Assembly (NCBI GenBank): GCA_023213395.1
Contig: CM041465.1
Coordinates: 75,647,741-75,711,740, forward strand
Direction: 5' to 3'
Length of the DNA: 64,000 bases
Source: Cycas panzhihuaensis
Taxonomy: Eukaryota; Plantae; Cycadophyta
The notes under the pieces are model-generated. The model was not told the origin of the DNA. It saw only the letters and a list, made by a program, of their open reading frames with translations, and made no database searches. Below, piece by piece: positions 27,367-39,599 of the stretch; position 1 is the stretch's first letter, and each line of letters begins with the position of its first letter. The position numbers were made by a program, and so were the translations under genes.

Positions 27367-28024
27367 TGTTGAGAATACAAGGTCCCAACCCTGTAACCAC
27401 CACCAAGATCTATTGCATTCTTGCAACTAGTTACAGAAATTGAAACTTAAAATTATATGCAAGTTCTAAAATCATAGATTATACAATAACATGAAAATGA
27501 AAGCCAAACATCACATATGCACTCGATATAACATGGTAAAACCCTAGCAGTGTGCTAGGGAAACATCCACACAAGAAAGGTATCGATCTTTATTGTTGTA
27601 GAATGGAGAAACAATACATCCTAGTTACAGAGTGCTCTTAGGAACAACAACCAGCCGCCACCCTCATCACAGTACATTACATTACATATAACATAATAAG
27701 AAAAAACCCTAAAACAGGCTACATGAGAGGGACATCCAGGGCATGAATCTTAATCGTAGAATCTAAGGTATTTGTATCGAATGACCCTGATTCTCTTTAC
27801 ATTTTAATATGCTTTATATGGCTAATTTTCTGGGTTGGGGGCTATCACCCCCGAACCCCCTCCTAGCAGGGGGCGTTCCATGCCCCCCGCACCATCCAGC
27901 TAAGGGGGGCTCTCGGCCCCCTTGGAACCCACCAAGAAATATTAGAGGGGGGGGGGGGGGGAGGGAACCGCGCTGAAAACATGCCAAAATTTTAGCCCCA
28001 TAATTATTGTCACAATATCCAACA
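27367..28024. mobile_element. Solo LTR (658 bp, Copia-like termini) inside element C
   Basis: TGTTG...CAACA termini and perfect TSD GCTTT at 27362-27366 and 28025-28029. No partner LTR in the window. Confidence 0.88.
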
Positions 28025-28699
28025 GCTTTCCTATCTTTACAGTTCATCCTATGGCATCTTTTGTTTCCCTCTCGCAGGAAACTTTTCTTCCTGGTTGGAC
28101 GTGTGGGTTTCCATCACTCCCGAGCTCAGAAATGCACCCCAACTAGGACCATGTGCTTGAGTTCCTGTACACTCTCTTCTTCGTCGCTTCCTTTACATAT
28201 CTGCTATGCTCCTTCAACGAAGATGCATGACTCTCTATCTCTTAGCCTCACACGTATCCATCACTTATACTCATGGTGGTCGTGTATGCCCACTACGAGT
28301 GTGGTCCTGTATGAAAAGATGCGTGGGCGCTACCCAAGTGATCTAATGATGAAAAACCATATAATAATCAACTAAAATCATCATGATGTATAGCCCCCAG
28401 TGCACTTGTGCACCCATGTCTACATACACATAAACATATAAGCAAATAAACAACAAATGCAATATCACCAAATCATCATAACACCATAATCATAGATCAA
28501 ATAGGGTGCCAATGGGCCCTTGTCTATATATACAATGAATCATATCATACAAACCAATATAGTATACCATCCTAGGGAAGCTAGAATCCTTGCAGGGAGG
28601 AGTACAATCATGTGTTAACATATGGTGACTCCTTAGAGGTCTGGTGCTTTTCCAATTAAAACTAATCATGCATCCTGCTCATTGACATCCCTGCTCTCA

Positions 28700-30740
28700 G
28701 GGGGTATCATCTCCTGGCTGGCGTGACCCCTCCCTAATAGACCACCTCCTCCTCCATTGCCATTGTGAGCTCCTTGCCTTGCTCCCCTCGTCTCGAGGCC
28801 TCCTTGGGGTCGTTGCTGTCGTGTGAGTCTGATTTCTACTCCGTGATGACCTTGCAGCCATCTGTTCCACTAGCTGATCGTATTGTGTCTGGATACGACA
28901 CCTCACCCCCTCCACTCCTCAGAGCCTCTCCTCTAGCATGGCTATCCTGATGTGACTCTCTGCATCACCACCTACTACTCCTCCTCCTTAAGCCTCTAGT
29001 GCCTGGACCCGACCTTGTAAGATGTTTCTTTCTATGACTGCTTGGTCCCTCTCCATGTGGGTCCCATCCAGCTCCCCCTAGAGCTGTCCAACCCTCGCTT
29101 GGTGTGCTTAGGACTCTACTGCCTACATATTCTTAGCTCTGATCAATGGAGAAAATGCCGCTGTATGTGCCTTTGCTGATCAAGGCTCCTCTCTAGCCTG
29201 GATGGGAGGTTGTCCCTCTGCATAGATCTAGGGGAATATCTCTCAGACTGCCACCTCCACCAACCTCGCCATCTTTGTTAATCCTATAAAATTACACACC
29301 ACGTGTCAGTTTGTATATCTATATATTAAAACCTTAAAATCAAATTAAAGCAAACTATCCAAGTACCTAGTGGTCGAAAGATGTCAGGAAAGGGTAGTGT
29401 CTCATCTCCTAGGATGACCGACTCCTCAACTCGGATGACCACCTCCTCCATGGGATCTCCCTCGGCTGCTAGACCGCCCTCCTCAGCCTCTGGTACCACT
29501 TCTCCTACCTCTTGACTTGCTGGGACCTCTCCCATGTTCTCTCACATATCCGCTGCATCCATGGCCTCCTCTGCTATCGCCACCATCACTGCCACTACTG
29601 CTGGAGCCCTGCCTTCTCTCTCCCTTTGTGATGGTGGCCTAGCTCCTCCTGTAGCTCCAAATGGCCCTGCCTCTCCTCCTGCAGCTTAGGATGGACCTGC
29701 CTCTCCTTTGGCAGTTCCCGAGGGACTTACCTCTCTACTCAGAACTCCTGATTGGCCTACCCCATCACCTCTACCGTTATCTCTACCCTCTCTAGGACCA
29801 CCTCCTAACCCTCCTGCCTTGTCATAATTGTCCTAACGTACTCCTCTATATGGGTCTGTCGTATAGTCTGCCAGAGTGAGGAGGTCCAATGACGTCACCT
29901 CCACTAATCGCCTGATATGGACCTAGTCCTTGGTCCCCCTAAATCGAGTTTGCCACCTATGTGCCATGGGCGCTCATGCCGAGATAGGATGAGGCCCTCC
30001 TAGTGGTGCTACTACCCCAAAATGATAAAAAAACGAGCACTGTAGTAGTGTGCAGTATGAAAATCCTCCTCTCCCTGCCACTCTAATAGTGTTTAGATGT
30101 GCGACCATGTTTGTTGCTATCAAGATGGCTCAATCCAACATCTCACCAGCCTCACACCTCTTGACAGTGTCCATCCACTTGCCTAGTATATCCTTGTAAC
30201 TCTATTTCCAAGAAATTTGAAACAGAATGCCCAACGTAATAAGCTTCCTCACTCGAGGAATTCGTGACATTACCATGGTCTACACTAACACTCCTCGTCA
30301 GTCCCACCTGCCTTGGCCCATGAAGTATGTAGTTGCCTTCGTGTGAGCAGCATCCATGCTAGGCAATGTGCCCATTGATGCTGGCACTCCTCTTGCTAGT
30401 ACTCCCAAGATCCTCTTGATGTCTCCTAGCATGATAGTAATATCCGAGACTTGGGGAAGGTGGAAGACATATCATTTGTGGTCTCAATGGGAGATTATGT
30501 CTACCAGGAGACACTGATCTGATGCGTACTGCGGCATCCTAATGATCTTTAGTAGCCTGCAACATCCCAACGTCTGCTTGTCGCCCTACAACATCATCTT
30601 GATGAAGCTCATCATGGCGACCCCGATATTCTTGTGGTTGTGCATTGTGATAATTGCTTGTAAAACTGCCCAAGAATCAATCCAGATGCCCCTCATGCTA
30701 TGTCTAGCTACCCTTAGGATGCCTCTCATTCTACTTGGAT
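28700..30740 (-). pseudogene. Element C antisense gene: PMD, acidic/Gly linker, putative intron, charged C-terminus
   Basis: LLVDIISH*DHK*YVFHLPQVSDITIMLGDIKRILGV and CEAGEMLD*AILIATNMVAHL...GRGGFSYCTLLQC. GT-AG intron candidate 29366-29284 with a CTGAC branch site. Confidence 0.75.
29636..29760 (-). repeat. About 30-bp coding tandem repeat (GEAGPS-like decapeptide, about 4 units)
   Basis: ggccctgcctctcctcctgcagcttaggat / ggacctgcctctcctttggcagttcccgag / ggacttacctctctactcagaactcctgat. Confidence 0.75.
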
Positions 30741-30797
30741 GAGTTAGTCACCCTTTCAGACCTTCTTTCCTTCTTTTTTCTAGCTTTACACCTCTAC

Positions 30798-30837
30798 CTC
30801 ATATCAAACTCTATGGTACCATAGAGTTTGACATGAG
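30798..30837. promoter_or_regulatory. 40-bp near-perfect palindrome upstream of C's antisense gene
   Basis: ctcatatcaaactctatggtaccatagagtttgacatgag, with one mismatched pair. The function is inferred. Confidence 0.55.
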
Positions 30838-31901
30838 CCCCGCTGAGATTTTTAGGTCCCTTTTGTGGCCCCGCGACAAACTCTGTGGCATCATGATATT
30901 TATCGCATGGCCACTGCAACCCTCCATAAAAGGGGGGGGATGCCCAAAAAATCCTAAATTTTTACCTAAGTGGGCAAAGGTTAGGCCCACTGGGACTAGG
31001 GCTACCTAATGCCCTGGTCCTCCCCCTCTCTAGGTGCCAATCAGGCTTTAGAGGATCCCAAATTTCCCTTAAGAGGCCAAAAACTAACTCAAAAAACCAT
31101 TAAATGTAAATGACAAAATGGATAGGGTAGGGAGGTGATCCACTTACTGGGTCTGGCTTAGCCACCGTCATCTCATTACCCCGGTCATGTTGGTTGCCTC
31201 TACATCTCGATTCAACGGTTAGATCTCCCGCAGCGTGCCTTTGAAATCGAGTGGCACTCCGTTGTGTAAAGGAAAGGGCTCTAGATCAATTATGAGCCTG
31301 TGAAAATGAACTTCGTTTTCACCTTCCTTCCTTTATATATGTGGAGGCCCCAAGGGATACCTCCTCCTTTCTTTTTGCTGTGACAACCCTCGCGACCATC
31401 TCTTTACCCTCATTACCTTTGCCTTCTGGGTTCGTCTCCTGTTTTGCCTCCATTTTAAACCTCTTTGGCGCATTTATGATGACCCCTTCAGTCTCTCACA
31501 AACTCCTTTCACCTCGATTTTTACGCCACTCCAAAACATACTTATGTTTATACTCTTTTGGCTCATTTCATCGCTCTGGATCCATTTTCGCTGCCCGTTC
31601 AAGCCTTTGGGGCTCCCAAAGGAAGCACCTCCCTAACTTTGGGCCTCACCTCACCCCTTGTTGTGACCTTTGGGGCCCTAAAGGGGCTCTTCCCGCCACC
31701 GTTCCGTACCTCTCCATCAAGTCGGTCCCCTCGCCTCCGGGTAGCCTCTTTTTAAGACTCTCTTATCCTTCACAATCCTTATTCATAGCTTTTCGAGTGA
31801 TTCCTAGTCTTATCACTATATCTTTTTCTTTCTCTTTACTTATCGACCCCGTCGTAGCCTTTTTTCTTCCGCCGCCTGACAAAAATCCTCATTCTCTCAC
31901 C

Positions 31902-32324
31902 ATGGCATTGCTTATCTTCACTGATAGAGGAAGTTGTGGTAATTCAGGCCCTTCTGCCACCGTGTGGATCCTCCATGACCCCTCTGGGTACGACTACCTA
32001 CGTTCTAGAGTCTTTCTTCCTGTAGCCACTAATAACAAAGCTGAATACACATCCTTTATTGAAGCCCTCACCGATGCACTCCATTTCCACCATGGTCCCA
32101 TCGTCCTACTCTGCAACTCTCAGGTTGTCGTGTTGCATCTTACCCAGGTTTACCAGGTATGTTGCCCATGCTTGAGAGCCCTCGCCTTGACCGCTAGGTC
32201 CCTCTTGTCTCATTTCTCTTCTGCAGGCATCCAACACATTCCCCGAGACCAAAACGTTGAGGCAGACGGCCTCGTCCATCTCATCCTCAAGTGTCATCTT
32301 CCTATCCTCGACGATCCTCCTTGA
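31902..32324 (+). CDS. Stand-alone archaeal-type RNase H (aRH) ORF of element C, 140 aa
   Basis: MALLIFTDRGSCGNSGP...TNNKAEY...LCNSQVV...HIPRDQNVEADGL. Frame is open. Third catalytic Asp reads Asn. ATG is in a CACCATGGC context. Confidence 0.88.
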   Translation: MALLIFTDRGSCGNSGPSATVWILHDPSGYDYLRSRVFLPVATNNKAEYTSFIEALTDALHFHHGPIVLLCNSQVVVLHLTQVYQVCCPCLRALALTARSLLSHFSSAGIQHIPRDQNVEADGLVHLILKCHLPILDDPP

Positions 32325-32809
32325 GGAGCCTATTGGGTGGCCTAAATACCTTGGTTCTAAATTCATCCCATCCTGCATCTTGTGATTCATTCGTATCTTC
32401 GAAAGTTGGCTGTTAACGAGGTTAAACTATGGTGACCATCATGTTTGTTCTCTTTGATCTATCCTTCATACCACCCCCAATACGAAGTTTCCCATCATTT
32501 TGACTTTCATATATATATAACTTTCATTCATAGCATTTGGTCAACCATGTTCATGACCATTACCACCGGTCATCTTGTATATGTGTAATGGGGGCATCCC
32601 TTTGATTTACCTTCTCTCTCATTAGACATTAGGGCAATGCATAGGAAGCCCCTGTGTCATCCCACTCTTCTCCTTGTCCACACGTTCTGCCATGGCACTT
32701 GCCACCATCCTTGGTTGATGCCACTGCTATATTTAATACATATTACTAACCTTTGCGTTGCCAGCATTCGCCTTTACACCATACTTTCGAGCAGCGAGGC
32801 TTTGCTGTT

Positions 32810-32819
32810 AAGGGGGCAA
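32810..32819 (+). other. Element C polypurine tract
   Basis: aagggggcaa directly before TGTTTC. Confidence 0.85.
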
Positions 32820-35800
32820 TGTTTCTCGGCTACCGGGAATGGACATGGGCGACTCAATTCAGATAAGTTCAGGTATGCTTTTATCTTCCATTTCATTAGA
32901 TTTAGAGATGGTTGATTGAGGCTCATCACACACATTGCATCCCGATTGATTGACTATATGATCACTCTGTATTGTTTGCCTGTTCATATTGCATTTTGAC
33001 ACTTTTAGCCTATGATGACTAGGGATACACATCCCGTGGCACTCCACGACCCTCTGTCGGGTCTCCACAATGTCCCCAAACACTTCTGGCTCCCACAACC
33101 CATTACACATCATTTATTGGTGCGACATAACCCTTAGCACCTCGCCTAGGCCTGGTTGTCGCCCTATTGGTGCTATTTGTCTCTTTTTGGAGTCCTTGAT
33201 CATCGTTTCCTGCTTGCCATGGTCCCTTTAGGTTCTATGACCCTTCCTTGCCATCTTGGTACTGTAACATGCTCCGTTAGGATATAGGATTTCCCCCTTT
33301 TTGGGAGCTTCTGAGTTCCCTCTTTCTTTTTGTCTTAATTTTAGCTGCACCGCTGTAAACTCCATGGTACTGCTGTAAACTTTGTGGTACTGTGAAGTTT
33401 GCCATGGTACAACTATTCATAACTCTTTTTTAAACTAGCCACGACTAATTTTGCATTAATTACGAAATTACCACATGGCAGCGAGTTGATTCCTGCCCAG
33501 AGAGAACCCTAATCACTCGTTGAGCTAGGTTTGGGTTTAAAAACCCAAAATTCACCTCATTTCTCCTTCTTCTCACTCACTTTTCTCTCCTCTCTTCTCC
33601 ACAAGCTCTGAAACAGGTTTCAACTCTGCTGTACCTACTTCACCTTTCAGTTACCAGCTCCTACATCAAAGGAAATGTAGTTTGCAGGTCTATAGTAGGG
33701 CTGGCTAAGGCAGAGTCACGCTCCAAGCTTCACCTTTCTCATAGGTTTTACTGCTTTTCCACTATACTGTAGGGGTTTTCCAAGAACCCCCTAAGGGAAC
33801 TCTCCTTCTCATATGGTTTGCCTAGTAGATCTACCACAGATCTACCCTTACTAGGTACTTTCAAATCTGTTTTCTCTTGTTCCTTCTATAGCATATATAT
33901 TCTTCTACTAGTCTCTTCATGTGATAAGTCTTTTTTCCTTCTTTTTTATTGTATTGGGAGGCAATCCCTCCTTCTTGCTTGCTTGTATACTTCCTCCCCC
34001 AAGTTCTTTTTGGGTCTTCTCAAGGAGGTAGTAGGAAAAGAGGTTCACGAGAGAGTGAAAGGAGTCTTAGGTAGGGTTCCACACCCACACACCTTCTCCT
34101 CAAGGGTAACCCCCTTCTCTCCTTCCCTTTTTCTCCTCCATACCTTCCTTGTTTACCCAAGAAACTGTTGGGGTGGAAACTTCTACTGATTGCAGTGTAG
34201 GCAGCCCTTTGCTATGCCTGTAACCAGCCACTAAAGATCATATATAGCCTAGTTTTTAGCCCTGCTTCATATCTTTTTATCTTTGGGGCTTGCTCTTATA
34301 TAAACTTGGAAAATTTGCACTTGCAACTTTTGCGATATTTGTGATTTTTATAGCTTTCTTGCTACCATTTTCTTTACTTGCAAAAACTTGTCTTGCACCT
34401 ATTATTGAGTAGCCTTGGTCCTTTTAGCTATTAGTTTGGGTGCTTGGGGAATGTATAGAGCATTTAGTTGGGAGGGATAGCCATTCTGAGGCTATTTGTT
34501 TTCTTCTATTTTTACCCCCTCTTTTCCATATTACTTGTTGGTTTTGTGTACAAAGTGTAAACAATACTAATATTGCACATTTGTTACTTGGTAGATATCT
34601 ATTAAATATATTTTTGTTTACTCCTTTTCCCTCAAAAAGGAATATATATATATATATATATATATACATCTCCTTGCATGCACTTGCTCCCACACGTATC
34701 CAACGCCCCTTGGGAAAGGGCAAACTTGTGTTGTGCAGGTTTCTTGCGCTTCAGAACGAATGAAAGCCTTCATTACAGGTATGCTTCATCTTCTTGGTTG
34801 TTATGATTGTGATGCTTTAAAACTCCAAGTAAAGGCACTCTATTCCCTTTTCCTTTCCGTTTATTTTACGTTCAAGTTTTGGGGGAAGGTAAGGAAGCCC
34901 CCTTTTTGTCGACACCCCTTTCACTACGCCATCCACGACAAGGTGCGTTAAGGAGGAGAGATTGAATCGTGAAAGAAGTAAGGGAGATGCTACACCAACC
35001 ACCTGATTCCTAGTTACGTTTCCTTACCTTGTCTTTCCTATTCTTGCCCTTCTCTCGCCCCTATTTTATACCCCCAAAATAAAAAGAAAGATGAAAGGAT
35101 TGTATTATTTGCATTCTATTGGTTGTTATTACTTGTTTCATTTGGATTACATAGCAAAAATCAACTAACTCACACCAATATATGCCACTTCTTCTGGTCA
35201 CACACTCACTTGTTTTCCCCCTCACATAAACTCGTATTTCCACTAGAATTTAGGTAGGGTGGGTTCAGCATTCATCCATTGGCAGTCCATTTCCTCTTTA
35301 CATATCATTGGGTAGGTTTGTATTTCTCATTTGTACCTCTTTTTCCTTAGTGGTTTGTTTGCCCTTTTTCTTCCCTTGTTTGTAAAGGATAAAGAGAGGG
35401 AGGCCAATACATAGGAAAGAGAAAGAGAGTATATTGTTTCTTTTTAAGTTCATTTCTTGCATTTATAAGAAACAAACATAAACAACGACAACCTACACCC
35501 CTACATCACCTTACTACATAATGAAAATAAACATAGGGATAACTTACTTTATTTGTTTGCCACACCTAATCCCGTTTTAGGTGTGGCACCTTGGGAGTAC
35601 CCCCTTTCAAGGTCATCTTTCTTTTCCATTACCAAGGCCTTCCCTGGCTCTCCCCTTTAGCTCAAACTTAGTTCGTTAACCCAACTTCCCCTTCGTTTAC
35701 TCATGTTTCTAGCCACTCCAGGAGTGTTTTATTCTTTCCATTAGGGCTTTCTTTAATCATTCCCCTCTTCACAAGAAGAGGTGCACCATCACCTTAGCCT

Positions 35801-35974
35801 TCCTTCCTTAGCCATCTAGGACATGAGGGCCCTCCTAGAGGTTACTTGGACAACCAAGGAGATCCCTCTTTTTCTCCCAACTCCGAATCGAGGAGGTGTT
35901 ACTTGGAAAGGAGTTTGTGCACCATTTGCAGGTCCTTGAACCTGCATTCTGATGCATGGACACCCTTTGTGGGT

Positions 35975-36064
<90 letters not shown>

Positions 36065-36146
36065 ATCCTTTGCCACGAAACTGTCACTTGTGTTGGCACG
36101 ATCTCTCCCAAATTTAGTGACCCCCTCCCCCCGAGGTGCGATTCTA
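32820..36146 (+). repeat. Element C 3' LTR (3327 bp)
   Basis: Matches the 5' LTR; followed by TSD GAGAT. Confidence 0.9.
35977..36060. repeat. (CT)n microsatellite in C 3' LTR
   Basis: Directly visible. Confidence 0.98.
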
Positions 36147-36151
36147 GAGAT

Positions 36152-37500
36152 ATATAGATCATCGCAAGGAAATAGGGAGGATCTTAGGAGTCAGTTGGCA
36201 TGGAGTTGATATTTGATTGAATCGAGTTATGGATGAGGAGTTTCAATAGGTATGTAGCCAATATTTGCTGGGATTTGAAAACCAATTTGGTATCCATGGT
36301 ATTTCATTAGAGGCTATGAGGATGGTAGAGGGGATCCTTATACTTAGTAAAGTACTTGCACAAATTATAGTGTTTCAGATTGTTGAGATGAAAAACTTCA
36401 TAGAGGTTCTAGTTCAATGGGTAGGGATTATTAGACAGTGTGAGATGAGTACCCAGATGAAATGGGATAACTTCATTCTTGATAATATAAGTCAATAATT
36501 AAGTTGCATATGGAGACATGGACGTGGAGGGATTTCTTATATCTTTATTCTTATGTGTTGGTTATATGACCATATCCCATTTATGAGATGGATTGGGTTA
36601 CTAGGTGAGTTGAGTATCATGGACTTTACCATGAATAGATGGCATATGCGCTCCTAGGTCCATAATAGATAGGTAATAATGGTTAAGAGTACACATAATT
36701 CTCTTTTGAGTAAGATGATGAGGAATTGATTGATTCCTAATCCCCATAATAAGATGCAAGCTTGGATAGATGACGAGACTGACAATGATGAGAGGGTAGC
36801 AATAAGGAGACCACCCTTTATACCTATGGTTAGAGGATGAGGTGGAGGTGAGGTAGAGGGAGTATTAAGCGATCAGATAGTAGGTGTAGTTATACCACTA
36901 GAGGGAGTGGATGAACTAGGTGCTAAGTAGGGAGAGGATGTAGATAGAGGAGAAGAGGGGGATGTTGGTGGAGGGATAGAGGGAGCAACAAGAGGTAACT
37001 CCCTTACTCATAGCATGGATATCAACTCTGATGGTGCTCCTAGAGTGGTGATAGGTGAGGAGGGGGGTGAAGAGGTCCCCTAATGACCAATTGATGTAGT
37101 AGCACCATGCCCATCACGTATTTTTCACTTGTGTTTTATTTACTACATGCTAACTTGGTTTAAATTACTAGATAGTCTTGATAGTTTATTCTAACTATTT
37201 TCATGAATACGCTAATTAACTATAATATGGTATGTGGTAGGTGAGGGGATGATAGAGCTTATTGAGGTGAGGAGGATCTGTAACATCTTACATCCATATG
37301 TATTTGCTTCATAGTGGCCTGTCACTTAGCATGAGAATGATTAGGCATTATTAGGATGTATGAGCACAAGACATGCATCAAGATATGGTAGGACAACTGG
37401 GTATACAAGAGACTAAGTTGTGAGCTGCTAAAGATGAGTGACCACATCTACGTAGGATGACCATCCTATAAGTAGGAAGCATATGACTCCTTAAGGCAAC
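36152..37500 (+). pseudogene. Element B antisense PMD gene, 3' part, with putative intron 37118-37240
   Basis: FQIVEMKNFIEVLVQWVGIIRQCEMSTQMKWDNFILDN...GRGGISYIFILMCWLYDH aligns with C's FQISWK*SYKDILGKWMDTVKRCEAGEMLD*...GRGGFSYCTLLQCSFFYH. Confidence 0.72.
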
Positions 37501-37872
37501 ATGAGCATACAAAAGGTAGATATGGTCTGCATAAGAGAGAGAGGATACATAGCCATTCATATATATAGGGATGTGAGAATGGGTTTAATTATGATGATAT
37601 GTACATGCCCATGGAAGCTACAAGGCTATGATATTGTATGTATATCAAATGCACTACATGACTTTTCATATATATATATATATGACATTATTGCCTTGCT
37701 TTATGAAATTGTGGATATATACGAAAGATTATTAACTCTAACCTTACTCCCCCCCACCTCCTCCATTTGTGATATTGGTTCCATACATATGCTTCGTTTT
37801 ATATTTTAGATGTGCTTATGATAACCCTTATTATGCTTTGATAATGGTATTTACATGCTAGTTTATACTTAT

Positions 37873-38334
37873 TTAAGAGTGCCAGCTTATACTCATTTTG
37901 AAGTGGTGCCCCCAACTCAAAAGAGAAGGTGATAAGTGATGGTGCTCTAAGATATATGAGACTAAAGAGTCAACTTCCATGTTTTGATCACACAAAACAT
38001 GTTGAATGGTAACTGATGAAAAATAAGACAATAATGATAAAGCCTGATTATTAAGGGAGTGCAACCTAGGAGAATGAATATGATAGACATCAACGAGTTG
38101 AAGGATCACAACTTGGGAATAAGAATAAAGATCAATAAAACTATGATAAAAGTGTAAGACATTTATTATATCTTCTATAATTGTAATGTATTCAACTTTG
38201 TTATTAGTTGCCTAAGGTAAGAACATGCCAACAAAAGTTAAGAGATTGCCTAGTTGGTCATGCACTACCCAAATAGCAGTAGATGATCTTGGATTACCCC
38301 TACTACCCCCATCAGTATGTATGCTCAATGCCAT
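37873..38334 (-). pseudogene. Element B aRH (archaeal-type RNase H)
   Basis: MALSIHTDGGSRGNP...TNNKVEY...YSQVVILQL...QHVLCDQNMEVDSL, with one internal stop. Confidence 0.88.
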
Positions 38335-39599
38335 GGTGAGAAATGATCAAACTCAGAGACAAGGTGATAAATATGGGGAAGATGAGGGAATCAGCCTATG
38401 AGGGATGCAAGAGACTTGGTTTTGACTATAAAATGAAAGAGAGATAGATTCATGATTAGGTTTCCTCACCATACGAATATCACCCCAAACATACATGAAA
38501 GTAAAGACTACAAAGGTGTTGAATAGGTTTTGATAACAATTGAGGTCATGATGTGTCTAAACAATTGGACCTGAAGGTCTTAAATAATGAACCAAAATGA
38601 ACTTGACCTACAATAGATGCAGATGGAGATAAAGCCATTACGCGACTTGCTTTGGATAATAAGAGGGTGCAAGAGATAGACAAATAACTTTATTTACTTG
38701 TTTTTATGATTTTATTTTCTAAACACTATTGACTATATATTTTTCCATAGGATGGTTCATACAAGGGTCTTGGCGAACTAAGCATCACTGAACTCACTTT
38801 CTGGAAGATACTTATTCATCATTTTGACTATAATCATCACATGATTTTCCACCAAAACAAGATGAAGAGAAAAAATACAAGAAATCATGAGTGACCAATG
38901 ATTGATTTAATCATGAAACATCTTCTCATACAACAACAAAGGGTGACCTTTTTAATGAAACTAAGGAAATAAAAATCATGAACTAAAATCCTGAGAAGCT
39001 GAATTGCAAGAAAATGAAAGATCTCTATATCATTATATCTTTGAGTATAAAGGGAAGGTGCTAGAATGAGCAATAATCTTAGGAGTATAGTAAGATGATA
39101 CTAAGAACCATATCAATCACAAGATCAAACAAGCGTAAATGAAAGCCCCACAAATCTATAAAGGATGCTTGTAAGAAAAGTAACTCAAGATTTAAAACTA
39201 ATGAGTGAGAATCTAAAGAGAACAAGATATCTCATGTATCAATAGAAGCTGAGGATTTAGACTTAATATCTACTCACTATTTTGATAATTAGAGGTAGGG
39301 GCCTTCCTTTTTTCTAAGTTCATAACCTAAAAGAGAAGAGTAAGGGCACCACAACCAAACTGAGTGCAATAATAGTGAGATAATAGACCTATATGATTGT
39401 TATGCTAGAAAACTTCAAGCCCTATTTAAGAGTGAAAGTAAAGAAAGGGAGAAGCTATAATTGTATAAAAGCAATGGTTAGTTAGAAAGAAAGAAAGAAA
39501 GAAAGAAAGAGAAAGATTGTCCATAGTTTAGGCTTATTAGATGAATGTAAGTTTCAAAGCCATAGTTTATCTTAATTGCAGAGTACATGCTTTAATTCA

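Larger units (their letters stand above)
16028..36146 (+). mobile_element. Element C: Ty3/Gypsy Tat-lineage LTR retrotransposon inside B
   Basis: LTRs 16028-20327 and 32820-36146. Perfect TSD GAGAT at 16023-16027 and 36147-36151. Arg-type PBS, PPT aagggggcaa, and gag-PR-RT-RH-INT followed later by aRH. Confidence 0.93.

Noticed and set aside
28700-30740. PMD sequence as a host MAIN/MAIL-like gene
   Set aside because: It lies between INT and the 3' LTR in two separate elements and has decayed with them, so it is TE cargo.
31341-31901. 187-aa N-terminal extension of the 327-aa ORF
   Set aside because: GTG start, pyrimidine-rich stop-poor sequence, and no counterpart upstream of B's aRH. The conserved start is the ATG at 31902.
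34889-36135. The LTR length difference read as a spliced intron (AG|GTAAG...GAG|GT)
   Set aside because: Precise splicing would leave gggggaag, which the 5' LTR lacks. LTRs are also identical at insertion, so a later deletion fits better.
35835-36209. ORFs encoding RERERE or LSLSLS runs
   Set aside because: They are translations of the (CT)n microsatellite inside an LTR.
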